Positions 13,401 to 27,791 are shown, counted from the stretch's first letter. The stretch is 64,000 bases of DNA from Basidiobolus meristosporus CBS 931.73 (GCA_002104905.1 MCFE01000470.1:5620-69619); one strand, 5' to 3'. The notes: a model not told the origin generated them from the sequence alone. Numbers and translations are program-made.

Positions 13401-16400
13401 GGTTCAATGTCTCAAATACAAGACTGTTTTAAGTTCACATAAGTATTGACCAAAAAGTGATATAATAGCGCTACATTGTTGAAGGTCAAACTGTTTGCCC
13501 TATGGACAAGACAACTTTGACACAATGCCATAAGAGAAGAGAAAAAAGACCATGTGGCTATTATGGCAAGCCTCTCAGCCATGAAGCACACAGACAGCAT
13601 AGGAAGTATTACAAGGATCATGGCCAGTGTTTTGACACCCATGTCATATTTGACCATTCATTTGTGACTGATGTACCAACATCATCTTGCCAGCCAGTTG
13701 ATACTTCTATATTGGCACCTGGCTGTCTTTGTCACCTTGCACAAACTGAGTTGGGTGAGTTTGTGATGCCCTTAGGCTCACCTCAGCCTTGTGAATATGG
13801 CATGCAGAGTGACAGCTCTGACAAAGAAGGTTGACTGATGGATTTTGAGCCTATCTCCCCTAACAACTGTATCACATATGAGCTTGGTCAAATCCCTATA
13901 AGCAATGAGACAGCACCTGTTGAAAGATATGCCAAGGATACTTTGTGGAGCCAAGTCAGCCCAGTAATCCATCTGCTGGTGAATGATGTAGTGCTATGGC
14001 TAGAGAAGTGGTGTGTTTCCACTAATATCAGTAATGAGGGCTTTGAGGATTTATTACTACTTGTTGCCAAAATCATACTGTGATGCAACTTACTATGTAC
14101 ATGGTACAAGTAGACAACCGTCATGCAGCTGGCAACATATGATCCAGAGACTGTCCTGATTCCGGCATGTGTTAACTGTTGCATGGCATTCACATCTGAA
14201 AATGATTCCATTACAATGTGTCCAAATTGTCAGGAATCTACTACCAAGGGAAAACATTGTTCACACTCTGGATGTATTCTGGTCATACCCCATCCAAGGA
14301 AGCTGATGCAGTCCAACAAATATTGCAAAGCTATATAGTACTTCACTCAGTATCAATGAAGCGCAAACATATCCAATATATTCAATGGCAAACATTACAA
14401 ACAGCTAAGAAGCAATGGATACTTTGAAGGTATGAATGACCATGGCTTTGCTTTAGCACTTGAAGGATTCTCATTCAACAAATACTCTACCTGCAAATTC
14501 TACTGGCTACTGATTCTAATCAGTTTGAATCTGCCACCCATCTTATGGTATCAGAGCAATAATCCAATGGTAGTCTCACTGGTATCTGGGTCTAAATCAT
14601 TGTCCAACCTGGATAGCTACCTGATTCCAGAGCTGGATGAATTTTGAATGCTTTCCAGCAAGATAACTGTAAATGGCCGTCATGTAAAAGTGCATATTGT
14701 TATCTACACTGGAGATACCCCAGCCATCAGCATGATAGCAGGTTTTTCTGGATATAATGGATGGTATTACTGTGAAATGTGTGAGGTCCAGGGGATTTAC
14801 TTTTTAACTCACACACATTATTATTACCCAAAAACCAGCACTAAGAACATCATCTTTCCATAGAGAGAACATGCAGAAGTAAGCATGCTATTGCAGCAAA
14901 GTTGGCAAGCTATAAGCCATTGGCTGCTATATGGAATTAATTGAAAACCAGAGATACTTAAGATAGAGGGTATCTGTTGGAGCAAAAGCTTTCTACTGGG
15001 AGTAATGCATTTGCTTTGCAACAATATCCCTATACTGATAACCAAGTTGTACATGGTGCATTTCAAGCTAAATGAGCCCTTTGAGATACTAGGGAAATTT
15101 GAAAGAATTAGCAAGATATTACAGAGTATCTGCTACCGTAAGTATCTCTCACTGGCTCTGATTAATATTCATATGCATATGTGACAATACAAATGCAAAG
15201 ACTAGATGAACTGGATAAGTGTTTATTCAAGTGGTGTTCTGAAGCCATTCCTACCAAGTATACATTGGAAGCATTGGGAGTTATATGTGGACATTGTAGG
15301 AATATTTATCCAGAAGTGGATCACCAATGCCAACTGGACACATCTACAGCTGATGTGTGAGTAGTTTGTGACAGGATTTTAGTTGCTATACTGCAAACAT
15401 AAAGCTGAACACCTAGATCTCTGCCACTACTGTATCCATTCTCTACTCCATCTTGCATGGTGTGTGGAGAATATTGGGCCCTGCTTCACCTTTTGGGAGT
15501 TTCCTATGGAGTGGATGTGTGGGGAGATAGGAAGACAAGTCAAGTTGCAGGTACTACCATATTTCAATCTCATCAAGAATATTACCTTCAAGCCCATGTT
15601 GGATGTGATGAGTTGGCACATGGAGGACAGCCAGAAAGAGTTGGAAAATACTGAGGACAAATGTGCACATGGAGACACCTATGCCTATGGCATTAAGAGG
15701 CTAAGCATCCCACTGAGTTGGTAATCAGCTAAATAATGCAAACTTGGGCTGGGTGCAACAACCAACTGATTCTTATTGGGAAGACTCTACCAGGATATGC
15801 CAGATTTCTTATAGTCACAAGCCAACTTCTACGCCATTCAATACAGAATTCACACAAACAAAAGCCAGAGCACACCTATAAGGGGGACTAGAATCCAGCA
15901 GGGAGAAGTGACATATTGCCTAAATACCAAGAAGTTCTTTCAGATATTCAAGAGGTATTTATGGCAGAAGTGGCAACAACCAAGCATATGTTTGTAAGAT
16001 ATATATGTTTCCAGTGTACAAGGTATATGGCAACTTTACAAGTATCATACTGAAAAGTCATATAGTTGAGGTGACAGAAGTATGTCAATTGTGGCAGGTG
16101 TGCATGTTTGTTGAGGTTAGTAAGCAGGAGGCCAGAGTTTTTTTTGATTCAAACTAAATGTGGAATACCCAAGGCAGTACTGGGTAAGCAAATAAAGAGG
16201 GGTGATTCTACAATGGAATATATGAATTGCAAATGGGGAGGTAGAAAAAGGTAATACCAATTGGTAAATTGGTACTTTAACATTATAAAGAACCAGCAGT
16301 AGGCCATCATACTGCGGATATAATGTCATCAGAGTCTTGCTGTGTGGCCGTCAAAATACCATCAGTTTTGTTGCCATATAAGGCAACTAGATGTCCTGGC

Positions 16401-16640
16401 CAACTGAATCCACTTAAAATAGTTTCAGTGCGCTAAAAGACTGTAACAATACCATGCAAATATTGTCACAGCGCCAATTAAATATTGTCAAGTTATATCC
16501 CTTTATTTGGTTGTAAAATTAGCAAAACACCATCATGATCCTGTCAGAAGATTGTTCAGAGGGTCACTAATTTCAAGTTGTTGTTATTATGATGGTCTCT
16601 AAGCAGGATCTTGATGATTGATCCAGACTGGATCCACCTG
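10450..16640. mobile_element. Most complete CACTA/En-Spm-like relic: accessory ORF on minus (10450-13430), Tnp2 transposase on plus (about 13480-16300)
   Basis: ALALEGF...SLNLPP...SGSKSLSNLDSYLIPELDEF, GDTPAISMIAGFSGYNGWYYCEMC and HSLLHLAWCVENIGPCFTFWEFPMEWMCG match Transposase_21/DUF4218 motifs; many stops; termini not identified. Confidence 0.8.
12040..13110 (-). mobile_element. Solo LTR family A, copy 1 (1071 bp), TSD CCGC
   Basis: TGTGGTGG...CCACTACA ends, CCGC on both flanks, host sequence rejoins colinearly with the paralog near 3100. Confidence 0.9.
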
Positions 16641-17390
16641 TGGGACCAAATTAGTTTTCATAGGGGATCTTGGTGTGCCTTTTAATATTCCAAATTCCAC
16701 TGAGGGCATTGTGATAGCCCTTCAAGCTCTTGGTGTTGTAGCTTGGTCTGTCAGTGGGATCTCTACTCTGTCAACAATGGAGACTGTGGAGGCTGTGGAA
16801 GACAAGCTGCCTTTTTCAGCAAACCCATCTATCTTACTGGAGTGTAGCTCAACTGGCTGTGCTTCCAACTCTTGTGAAAACAGCTGTTTTCTTGTTGGTA
16901 ATATTCTTGGCTATGATGGGATTCAGTCTGTTCCTGGCTTGCAGTGTTAATTGGCAAGAACTGCTGTTTCCTTTGCATGCCTCCCTGTCTCAGGCTTGGG
17001 TAGACATTTTTCTCTTTACCTTTTCCTTTATCACTGCCAGGTCTTTCACTGCTACTTTGTCTGAGTGCTTCTTGTAAAGAACTACATTTTTTCCTGGATA
17101 AATTCTGCTGTGACACATCTGGTTCAGCATGCTTACCCCTTGCTGGCACTCTTCTGGCAACCTGATGTTTCTTTTCCACTTGTTTTGAGCTCTGAACTGT
17201 AGTTGCTATGTGTTTCTGTAAAAGTGGCTTGTTTTTATCACTGCTGGGTCCTTGACTACTACTTTGTGTGGTAGACAAATTGCCTTTTTCTGCACACTCA
17301 TCTACTTTGCTGGAGTGAAGCTCAACTGGATGTGCTTCCAAATCTTGTGAAAGTAGCTATTTTCTTGTTTGTAATTCTTCTGGCATATGA

Positions 17391-17935
17391 TGTTATGAAT
17401 AGACACAAGGCAGGAGAGTAGAGCTACGCAAGACAGGACCAGCAAAGGACCTTGGTGTAGATCAACAAGGCAAGGCATGTTTCCAAGGCAAAGTGGATTT
17501 CCAAGGCATGGCTGTATATTCAAGACCTGTGTTTATCAGACTGAGGAATACATCAGGGGGGATAGGACTTTATATATTTTTTGGTGATATGGATGCCAAG
17601 AGATACTGGCTTATACTGATGGGGTTCTGGTGTAGGCACAGTAAGTGTGCCAAGATAGAATATACTAAAGAACAAACTAGAATATCACATGGGAATATGT
17701 CAGGGTTTGGCTGATCATGTGACCAGGCCATATAACATATAGTCACTATATAGGGTATGGGTCTACATAAATCTTAATGGGAAGCTTCCATAGAATGTTT
17801 CATTGTCTAATGTTGACATGGAGCTTTCAAGAAGTTGCCATAATGTAGTAAGACTTTCTAGAAGCAAATTGGATTTCTTCACTGACTTGATTTGGCATGA
17901 TAATTGGAGACCAGAGATGACATGTGATCATGGTA
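17391..17935 (-). mobile_element. Solo LTR family B (545 bp), 5-bp TSD TATGA
   Basis: Reverse complement of 25761-26288; TATGA at 17386-17390 and 17936-17940. Confidence 0.85.
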
Positions 17936-18629
17936 TATGATGGGATTCAATCTGTTCTAGGTTTGCAGCATTGATTGGCAAGAGCTGCAGTATCTTTTTG
18001 CATGCTTCCCTGTCTCAGGCTTGGATAGACATTTTTCCCTTGCCCTTTTCCTTGATCACTGCCATGTCTTACACTACTACTTTGTGTGAGTGCCTCTTGT
18101 AATGACCTACATTTTCATCATGATAAATTCAGCTCTGACACATCTACTTTGGCCAGCTTGTCTCTTGCTGGCACTCTTCTGACAAGCTGACATTTCTTTC
18201 CTGCTTGTTTTGAGCTCTCAACCATAGTTGTAATGGGCTTCTGTAAAAGCCCACTGGTTTATATCACTGCCTGGTCCTTCACTGCTGCATTGACTGAGTG
18301 CTTCTTGAGTGAAACTACACTTTTTTCCTGATGAATGTTGTGCTGGTGCATCTGTGCCAGCCTGCTTGTCCCTAATTGGCATGCATTAGCTGCCTGGTTT
18401 CTCTTTGACACTTGTCTGGAGCTTTTGACCCTGCTTCTAACAGGGTCTTGAGGAAGCCACTGGTTTCTAGCCATGACACCCCTGTTCTTCTGTGCTTGAT
18501 AGTTTCAGCTATTTTTAAGATACTTTCTTAGCAATTCAATGCTGGCCAAAAATACATTTACCTGTTTGACTGCATCCATTCCAAAATGCATGGTGCTTAG
18601 TGTCTGGAGAATACTGCAGCTTGCTTTGT

Positions 18630-21600
18630 CTTTTGAGAGTTTCCTAAGAAGCAAATGTGTGGGGAGATATGCATGGTCTGAGTACCTTGTATTTTAGTGG
18701 GAATATTCTAAGTAAAACCCAACAAGGAATTTGGTCAGTATTCTCAAGAACTTGAAGGTAATGATCTAAGTGACTAAGTTAGGTGAATGCTTAGGTGGAA
18801 TTACAAGTTTTTACAACACTCCCACTCAGCTAAATGTTTATACTGACTAGTCCTAATTTTGACCAAAGATATTCAGACTTGTCTCTAGCTAATGGCTTGG
18901 TAAATATGTCTGCAATCATTACATCTGAAGGACAGTAAACTAAGCTAACTAGCTCTTGCTCTATAGCTTCACGTATGATATGATGCCTAATATCTATGTA
19001 CTTAGTTTTAGCATGAAAAGCAGGATTTCTACCTAATTTTCTGCATCCTTGATTATGTTGAAATAAAGTAATAGGTATTTTTTGACATTGACCTAAATCT
19101 GTAAAAAACTTTCTTAGCCACATTGCTTTTTTTGTAGCTTCACAGGCTGCCAGGTACGCTGCCTCTGTGGTAGAGTGTGCTACAGTTGATAGCTTTCTTA
19201 AATCCCATGAAATTGCCCCTTTACAGTAAAGAAAGGTGTATCCTGTGGTGGATCTTTTGTCTTCCAGATTTCGTCCCTAATCAGCATCAGAGTATCCCAC
19301 ATGATCCTGTTCTGAGTCCTTATATGTGAATCTTAATCAGATATCTGCAGACCCTTTTAGGTGTCTAAAAATCTGCTTAACTGCTGCAATATGATTGGAT
19401 CCATAGTTCTGATATATGTTGGCTGGCAACTCCAACTGAATATGCAAAGTCTGGACATGTTCCAAGCACCAATGTATATCAAACTGCTGATCATATATTG
19501 ATACGGAAAGTCAGGGCTTTCAGATGGCACTACGCTCTCTTGATTTGGTTAAGTTTTGACTAAGTTAAGGTTTATCTCCCTTGGTGTAGCTGCCAGATTA
19601 CAGTCTTCCATTTGGTACTTCTTTAGTATATCATGAATACACTTGGATAGGCTTAGGGTGATAGTCTATGTACTTCTGTCTATGGAGAACTTAATCCCTA
19701 AGTAATAACTGAGTTCTCCTAGATTGGACATCTTGAACTCCTTAGATAGGCTGTATTTAGTCTCTTCTAATGTTGCTGGATTATTGGGGCTATAATAAGA
19801 TCATCCACATATAGAGCTAATAGAGCTGGATTTGCTCTGTCTGGCTTATATTATATACTATAGTCAGCATTACTCCTTTTGAAACTCAGAGACTCCAAAT
19901 AAGAATCTATCTTGTAACTTCAGGCTCTTGGTGATAGTTTGAGACAATGTAGAGGCTTTTTAAGTTTGCAGACCAATTGGGGGCTATCTTGGTCAGCAAA
20001 CCCATCAAACTGGTCCATATACATGTCCTCATCAAGTCCTCTACTCAAAAATGCAACTCTTACATCTATTTGAAGAATAAAAAACTTATATTTGGCTGCA
20101 ATAGCCAATATAAATGTGATGGAATTAAACATGGCTACCAGAGAAAAGGTCTCAGTGTAGTCAAATCCTCTTGTTTAAGTGTATCCTTAGGCCACAAGTC
20201 TTGTTTTGTATCTTTCAATTGTACCATCAGCTTTGTGTTTTGTCTTGAAGATACATTTGCATCCAATTGACTTTTGGTTGATTGGTAATATGACCAAGTC
20301 CCAAGCCTGATTTTCCATCAGGGCCTGATATTCCTCAGTCATTGCAGATCACCAAGACTTTGTCTGAGGGCTATTTAGGGCCTCTTTTACAGTCTGGGGC
20401 TCATCAATATGGACTGATTAGGCATAGGCTAAGTTTGTACCATCATTGCGGAAGTAATTTGGGCTATTTCTTGTCCAATTGGATCTCTGGGCATTTGATA
20501 CTGGAATGATCACTTCTGGGATATTTCTGGCCACTGCTTCAGGCTAAACCACAGTTGTAGAGTACTCTGGAGTGAAAAATACTCATTGTTTGCTCTGATT
20601 CAATCCTGAAAATTGGTGGACTAGAGATCACATTTTTATCATTATCTAATGTCATATTTGTGAAAATTTTTAATTTTCATCAAACAACACATCCATGGGC
20701 TTGATTAGCTTCTTTGCTTTGGTATTGTGGCGTCTGTATTCTTTACCCTCATTGCAGTAGCCCAAAAATATGAGTTTTACACTTTTTGGCTTAAGTTTTG
20801 ACTGATTTCCTGGCAGTTTCTTGGCATATGCTGTACACCCAAATATTCTTAGATGTTCTGCACTTGGTGTGTATGCATATCATGCCTCAAATAGTGTAGA
20901 ATCACAAAGTATTCTGTTATAACTTCTATTTTAAGGTATACAGCTGTGGCAACTGATTCTGCCCAAAAATCATAGGATAATTTTTGATTGTGGATCATAG
21001 ATCTTGCCATATCATTTATTGATCTGTTTGCATGTTCTGCTACTCTGGTATACAGTGGGAAGTATGGTGTCAGTAGTCTCTTGCTTTATTGCATGAATTT
21101 TGCAGAAGTGGATGAAGAGTTTGAGGTATATTCTCCACCATTGACACAGTGTATTTTCTTGATTTATCCACCAGTTTTTTGCCCCAATATAGCTTTAAGC
21201 TCTCTGAAATTAGACAGAGCTTCTTCCTTTCTCTCCATAAGGTAGGCCCATGTGTATCTTGTATAATCATCAATAAAAACTATTAAATACTTCATCCTGC
21301 CTAAGGATAGGTTTTCCATAGGTACACATAGATCTGGGTGAATTAGATCTAGTTTTATGTTAGTTTTGATCAACCTAGAACTCTTGAATGGCTGTCTTGC
21401 TAGTTTCTCATGTATGCAGGCTTCACAGTGCTTCAAATTAGCTTGGAGATCAATTTTTACTCCAGAAGTTAGCTGATCTTTGCTCAATTTGCACAAATAA
21501 TCAAATTGATGTGCCCAAATCTCCTGTGCCAAAGTATTGGTGTTTCTTCATTTGAGTTACTTATACTGACTTCTAAATATGATGGAATATAGGTCAACTT

Positions 21601-23117
21601 GTATAGATTCTGATCTCTGATACCCAAAGCAATATGGGCACCAATTTGACCAGTGATCTTGCATCCAGAATTGTCAAAGCTGAAATTGAGTCCTTCTGCA
21701 GTGGTCTTGCTTACAGACAGAAGTTTCTTGGCTATTTCTTGTACATAGAGTACTTCTTCAAAGGTCAATGTATGCCTCACTTCTCTGCTTCTAAGGTTTA
21801 CTTGGATAATTCCATCTCCCACTGTATCAAGTGCTCTATTTTCACCCAGGAAAACCTTCTTGATTGGAATTTCTTAATATTTGCTAAAATGTTCATTTTG
21901 GTGTGTAAAGTGTTGAGATACTTCAAAGTCAATGTACCACATCTGAGAATCCTTGTTTGTGTTCATACTTAGTGCAGATATGAATAGGCAATCTTCAGTT
22001 GTTGCAATATTTTCATATTCAGGCTTTGTTTGCTGATTATCTCTCTCTTTCAGACACTGCTCTGATGTGTGTCCTTTCCTTTTGTAGAGGTTGCAAAACC
22101 AGCTGCTAATGCTTATGTAAGGTCTTGGGTACCGCCTTTGTTGGTTGTCATTGCTATCAAAGCATTTTCTTCTTCCTTCTTATTTGTGCTTGATTTTCCT
22201 AAGTCTTTATCCAGGGACCTTCCATATATATAATTTAAGGTCAAACCTTCAGTTCTAGACTCCAGGGCTGATTCAAGGCCTGGAAACATGTCTGTCAGGC
22301 TATTCAGGATGACTACTATCACATCCTCATCAGTAGCTGGTATACACACAGATACCATCTCATCTATTAGCAGGGTAATTCTGTTTGTTGGATTTTTCAT
22401 TTATTCTCCTGGCTGCATGTTTGTAGTAAGGAGTTTTTGTCACAGATACATTTTCTAAACAAATCAATATGACTGGTAGGTGTCTCCCAATGCCTTCCGG
22501 GCATTTATTGCTGTTTTTGCTCTTGAGCACTGAATTAGCAATTTGTCTTTGATACTAAGGCAAATGCAGTTCAAGGCACTTTGTTCTTTCTTTTGGTACT
22601 TTAAGGCTTCCTCTCCCACATTTTTAGGAGGGAATTCTTCTCCCATGGCAATATCCCAAAGGCCTCCTTCTTATAGCAGCATCTTCATCTTAAATTTCTA
22701 CACTATGTATATTGATCCATTCAACTTTTAAGCAGAGGGAAAAATTCCAGTAATAGCAGTTATAGACAATGCAGAGAGTGGCAGCTTGGAGCTCATAACC
22801 TGTTGTAAGAGTTTTGGAGATATTGGAAGTGATTGGGCAGACTAGTAGATTATGTGGCTTTCACTTAATGATTTATTGAATGTAAAAGTAGTATTTATAC
22901 TTTTACATGGTCTTGGCATCAAATTCACCTAGAATAGGTTAAGGAAAGTTCCAAGTGCATATATGCAAAGCTTGGGACTATTTAGACAACTTTGAGAATC
23001 TACATGCTCAGGGTACCTGGTATTTTGGTTAAAATATTCTAAGTAAATTCCAACAAGGAATTTGGTCAGTATTCTCTAAGATTTGAAGGTAATGCTCTAA
23101 GTGATTAAGTTAGGTGA
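18630..23117 (-). mobile_element. Decayed near-full-length Ty1/copia element (copy alpha)
   Basis: Partial 3' LTR ending at 18818 with PPT GAGTGGGAG; RNase H, RT, integrase and gag relics; PBS GGTTATGAGCTCC at 22800-22788; 5' LTR from 22801. Confidence 0.9.
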
Positions 23118-23467
23118 ATGTACAGCATTAACAAGCAACAAGTCTCTATTAGGACAGTTGTATCCAAGAATACCAGTACTCTCCTATACACAAGCCAGTT
23201 TCTACACTTAGCAATACAAATACACACTAACAAGAACCAGAGCACACCTGTGAGTGGGACTAAAATACAGCAGGGAGGAGGAATTGACTTGTTGCATTAG
23301 GTGGTGCAGATGGTGCCAGAGAATGCCAGCCTGTTATAGGGCAAGAAAGATGCTTCTCTCAATGGATGTCTTGCATGAGTAAACTGTGCATTAATAAGTA
23401 TCTTGACTATTTTGCCTATTCTGCCATTATCTCCTTTGTATGACTTTCCTCTGGATTTACCTGCCAA

Positions 23468-24511
23468 TGTGGTGGTGTATAGATCCAAGGGAGAGATATG
23501 TCCAACACTTCTCAAGTGTTTTGTGTGAGGGGTGTTCACTGGGTGCGTTAACCTCTGGCAGAAGCTTGCTAGGAATACTTGGGTTCTGTCTCTAATCTAA
23601 TGTGAAGAGGAATAAAGCCAGAAGCTTGTCAAGGGAAAACTATTGAGCTACAATCCCCAACTTAGTTGGCATCTTAACAAAAGTATGTGCTGGGTTCAGC
23701 ATCCTTTGAGATGACAATGTACTAAAGCTTCCAAAGTCAAAACAACTGTAAACTCCACCAGCAGGGACTTGATAAGAATGCAGCTGTGGTCAATAGTTAC
23801 AAAGACAGAAAAGTATCTTTGCCTGTACAAGAACACACTTGGGAAAGAATCAAATATAATAAAAGATACCTACTCTGAGTATTCCTCACAAGTAGTGCCT
23901 GCAAGGTCAAATGGCTGTCAGCACAGTTTCCTGGGAGTGTCCTGTGGTCTAGGGTTGGAAGTTCAGGTAGCAGCAGGTTGCAGTGATCACACTAATCAAC
24001 AAGTTGGTATATTGATAAAAGGGATGATGATTTATTGTTGAGGGATAGCCTCCCTTATATACTTTTCTTACAGGCTAAGTGATTACTAATCATGGTGCTC
24101 CAGAAGGTTCCAGATATCAATAGAAATCTTAATGACATCAGAATGACCTAAGTATGTTCTAAGTAGGTGCTGGAAGGTTCTAAGAGGCACAGCACATCCA
24201 ACCAATCAGGAATCAGTACTCTGAAACCTGTGTAACATATGAATACGGTGACACAGCTTGATCATGTGTCATGGGTACTGGTGCGGGTACTTGCCTAATA
24301 CAGAGGCACTTATAGCTAGTAATCTTACATAAAGTGAGGGGTAACTTATGCAATATGGTAAGCAGGTGTGATAGTCAACTGGCTTATGGGACAGTACTGA
24401 TTGGGTAAGATTAATAGGATAAAACTAAAATAAGTGTAGTAGAGATATAGGGAAGTAGAAAATAAGGGAATGTGCACATCTGTCAGTGGGTGTCACTGTC
24501 ACCCCACTACA
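23468..24511 (-). mobile_element. Solo LTR family A, copy 2 (1044 bp), TSD CCAA
   Basis: Same termini as copy 1; CCAA on both flanks. Confidence 0.9.
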
Positions 24512-24878
24512 CCAATACACTAAATCTTGTCAAATAACTAAATGTTTGCTCTACTCTCACTGTGAAATGATTAAGAATTTTATTAGACTTATCTCCATAA
24601 TGTCCAAGTTATGCTCTGCTCTAACTCTGCAATGATTAAATATATCAATGTAGAGCTTCTACTTCATGCTAAGCACACCATTACTTGGCTTCCTATAAGC
24701 TGTGATACATCTTACTCTCTGACTATCATCTCTTATACACACAAAGTCTGCCATACATTTCTCCCCTCTACTGAATTCTGGTTGATTCTCTACCCAGAGT
24801 GCTTTGTCATGCATACTTCCAGCAAATAGCCCACTGAACCAGATGATGTTACCTTCAATGTCAGACAGTGCTTGAACC

Positions 24879-25227
24879 TGTTGTAAACAATTGCATATCC
24901 ACCTAAATACTCACCTATCTTAGTCACTTAGATCATCACCTTCAAATCCTAGAGAATACTGACCAAATTCCTTGTTGGAATTTACTTAGAATATTTTCAC
25001 CAATACACCAGGTACCCAGAACATGAAAATTCTCAAAGTTACCCAAACAGCCCCAAGCTTTGCACACCTGTTCTTGCAACCTTCCTTTACCTATTCTACA
25101 TGTTTGTAATGCCAAGATCAGGTAAAAGTATAAATACTACTTTTACATTCAATAAATCATTAATTGAAAACCACATAATCTACTTGTCCTCCCAATTACT
25201 TCCAATATCTCCAAGACTCTTACAACA
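24879..25227 (+). mobile_element. Solo copia LTR (349 bp)
   Basis: TGTTGTAA...TTACAACA; reverse complement of 37401-37748; imperfect 5-bp TSD GAACC/GAAAC. Confidence 0.85.
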
Positions 25228-25760
25228 GAAACTTCACACAGTGTACCATGTGTTTACCAAAATAAAATGTCTCTGCCCTCTAGAAGGTATGTTATTTCTG
25301 ACTGGGGAGGTGTCCAATATACTCTAGATAGGTAAACTAGTGCTGACCACTATGGAATATGAAAGTCTGTTGGAGCTTCTGAGCCTAGTATTTTGAGCAT
25401 GTTCTAAACCATTCATGCCCTCTGCAAGATAGTTCTCCATTGCAGTCAGCTGCAAATGAAAGCTTCTGCAACCTTTGTGGCCATGGATGGTTGAATGAAA
25501 CCTTTTAAAGATATGTAATGGCAGAGAAGCTGAACAAGGGATCTTCTTGAGTAGATTGGGGTAGAGGGTTCACTGTACTCAATATAGATCTCATGTAATG
25601 TGTAAGAAGGAAATCCAGTGGTAGTGATGGGATTGATGAGAAAACACTATTTGGATGAGTACCCTATGAAAATAACTTGGTCTTTTAGGTGGATACAATC
25701 CAAATTAACAATCAGGATCCTCTCAGGAGACCACCATAATACCAGCTGCTTTGAACTAAT

Positions 25761-26288
25761 TGTCACAATGACATGACATCCCTGGTCTTCAATTATCTAG
25801 CCAAATCTAGTCAGTGAAGAAGTCCCAGTTCCTTCTAGAAAGTTCTACTACATTCTAGCAATATTTTTAAAGCTCCATGTCAATGTTGCACAATGAAACA
25901 TTCTTTGGAAGCTTCCCACTAGAGTTTATGTAGTTGCATGCCATATATGATCACTACAGGTCACATGACCTAGTCACATGATCAGCTGACCCCTGACATA
26001 TCTCCATTTGATATTCCAGTTTGTTCTTTAGTATATTCTATCTTGGCACACTTACTGTGCCTCACCCCAGGACCCCATCAGTATTAGCGGATATCTCTTG
26101 GCATCCATATTGCCAAAGAGTATATATAGTCCTATCCCTCCTTATGTATTCCTCAGTCTGATAAACACAGGCCTTGAATAAACAGCCTTGCCTTGGAAAC
26201 ACACTGTGCCTTGTTGCTCCACACTTAAGTCCTTTCCTGGTCCTGCCTTGCCTAGCTCTACTCTCCTACCTTGTGTCTATTCGTAACA
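25761..26288 (+). mobile_element. Solo LTR family B (528 bp)
   Basis: TGTCAC...GTAACA; TATA at 26121; AATAAA near 26177; decayed 5-bp TSD CTAAT/TTAGT. Confidence 0.85.
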
Positions 26289-26931
26289 TTAGTGGCCCTC
26301 TACCCAATATTAGGATGGGATCACAATGGTGTTTGGTGCCAAATAAAGCTAAAAAATATAACGGTGTATAGGTGGTATTTTGCCAAGGGTAGCATGGCAT
26401 TGTTGCAGTCTTAATGTGCTTTACAACTATTTGAGTGGATCTTACTAGCAGTACTTCCAATTGCCTTATATGGCAAAAACTTGATGGTGTTTTGATGGCC
26501 TCATTGCAAGCCTCTGATGGCATTATCACAGCAGTATGGCCGCACACTGCTGTGTGTATAATGCTATCATAACAACTTACCAAATGGTACTTCCCCTTTC
26601 TACCTCCCCTTGCACAGCTCATATATTCCATTATAGAATCACCTCTCTTTATTTGCTTACCCATTAATTCTTTGGGTATTCCACATATAGTTTAAACCAG
26701 AAAAAACTATGGCCTCCAGCTTACTGATCTCTACAAATACGCACACTTGCCACAATTGGCATACTTCTATTGCCTCAGCTTAACAGCTTTTTAGTGTGAT
26801 ACTTGCAAAGTTGCCATATACCTTTTTATGCTTGTATCATATACATCTTTCAGACATATGTTTGGTTACCACCACTTCTGCCATCAACACTTCCTGAATA
26901 GTGCAAAGAAAATTTTGTAACTTAGCCAATA

Positions 26932-27662
26932 GACTTGTTCCGTTGGATAGTGCCACATTGAGCCATTAGTGCCAAATGATGCCATAGTGTGCCAGAGAGG
27001 CCAATTGAGCCTCTACCTGGCCACAGGGTGTGAAACATAGCTCCGTATCTTCATGCAAAGCAGCCCCTGTGTTTCACCCATTGTGCTGGAGAAAATCCAT
27101 TTTTTGACATTTTTTTGTGGATCAATGTAGCCCAGGATGTGTGAGAGCACAGGAGAACTGAAGATATGCATCTGGTACTCAATACCCATGGCACTCTGAA
27201 TCTAGCTCCTGTAGCTTGTATCATCTCACAAAAATGAATGGCACTATCTTGGTCCACTGGTACTATCTGGCACTATATTTAAATATTAGCCCTAAAATAA
27301 GATCTATACAAAGCACCTATAGTGCCAGATAGTACCAGTGGACCAAGATAGTGCCATTCATTTTTGTGACATGATACAAGCTACAGGAGCTAGATTCAGA
27401 GTGCCATGGGTATTGAGTACCAGATGCATATCTTCAATCTGCTTGTGCTCTTACATATCCTGCACAACATTGATCCAAAAAAAAGGTCAAAAAATGGATT
27501 TTCTCCAACACAATGGGTGAAACACAGGGACTGCTTTGCATGAAGATGCAGAGCTATGTTTCACACCCTGTGGCCAGGTAGAGGCTCAATTGGCCTCTCT
27601 GGCACACTATGGCATCATTTGGCACTCATGGCTCAATGTGGCACTATCCAATGGAACCAGTC
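26932..27662. mobile_element. Foldback/MITE-like element: about 345-bp inverted arms with a 40-bp spacer
   Basis: 26932-27277 is the reverse complement of 27318-27662; GAC...GTC ends; host rejoins. Confidence 0.9.
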
Positions 27663-27791
27663 AAATATATTTCTTCTCCCTACTTGATTCTAGTCCCCCT
27701 TATAGGTGTACTCTGGCTCTTGTCATTGTGAATTCTACGTTAAATGGTGTAGAAGTATGCTTATGAACAGCAGAACCCTGCTTTGCATTGG

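Larger units (their letters stand above)
25480..27790 (-). mobile_element. CACTA transposase 3' region relic, hosting a family B LTR and the foldback element
   Basis: Colinear with 8230-9100 once the inserts are removed. Confidence 0.7.
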
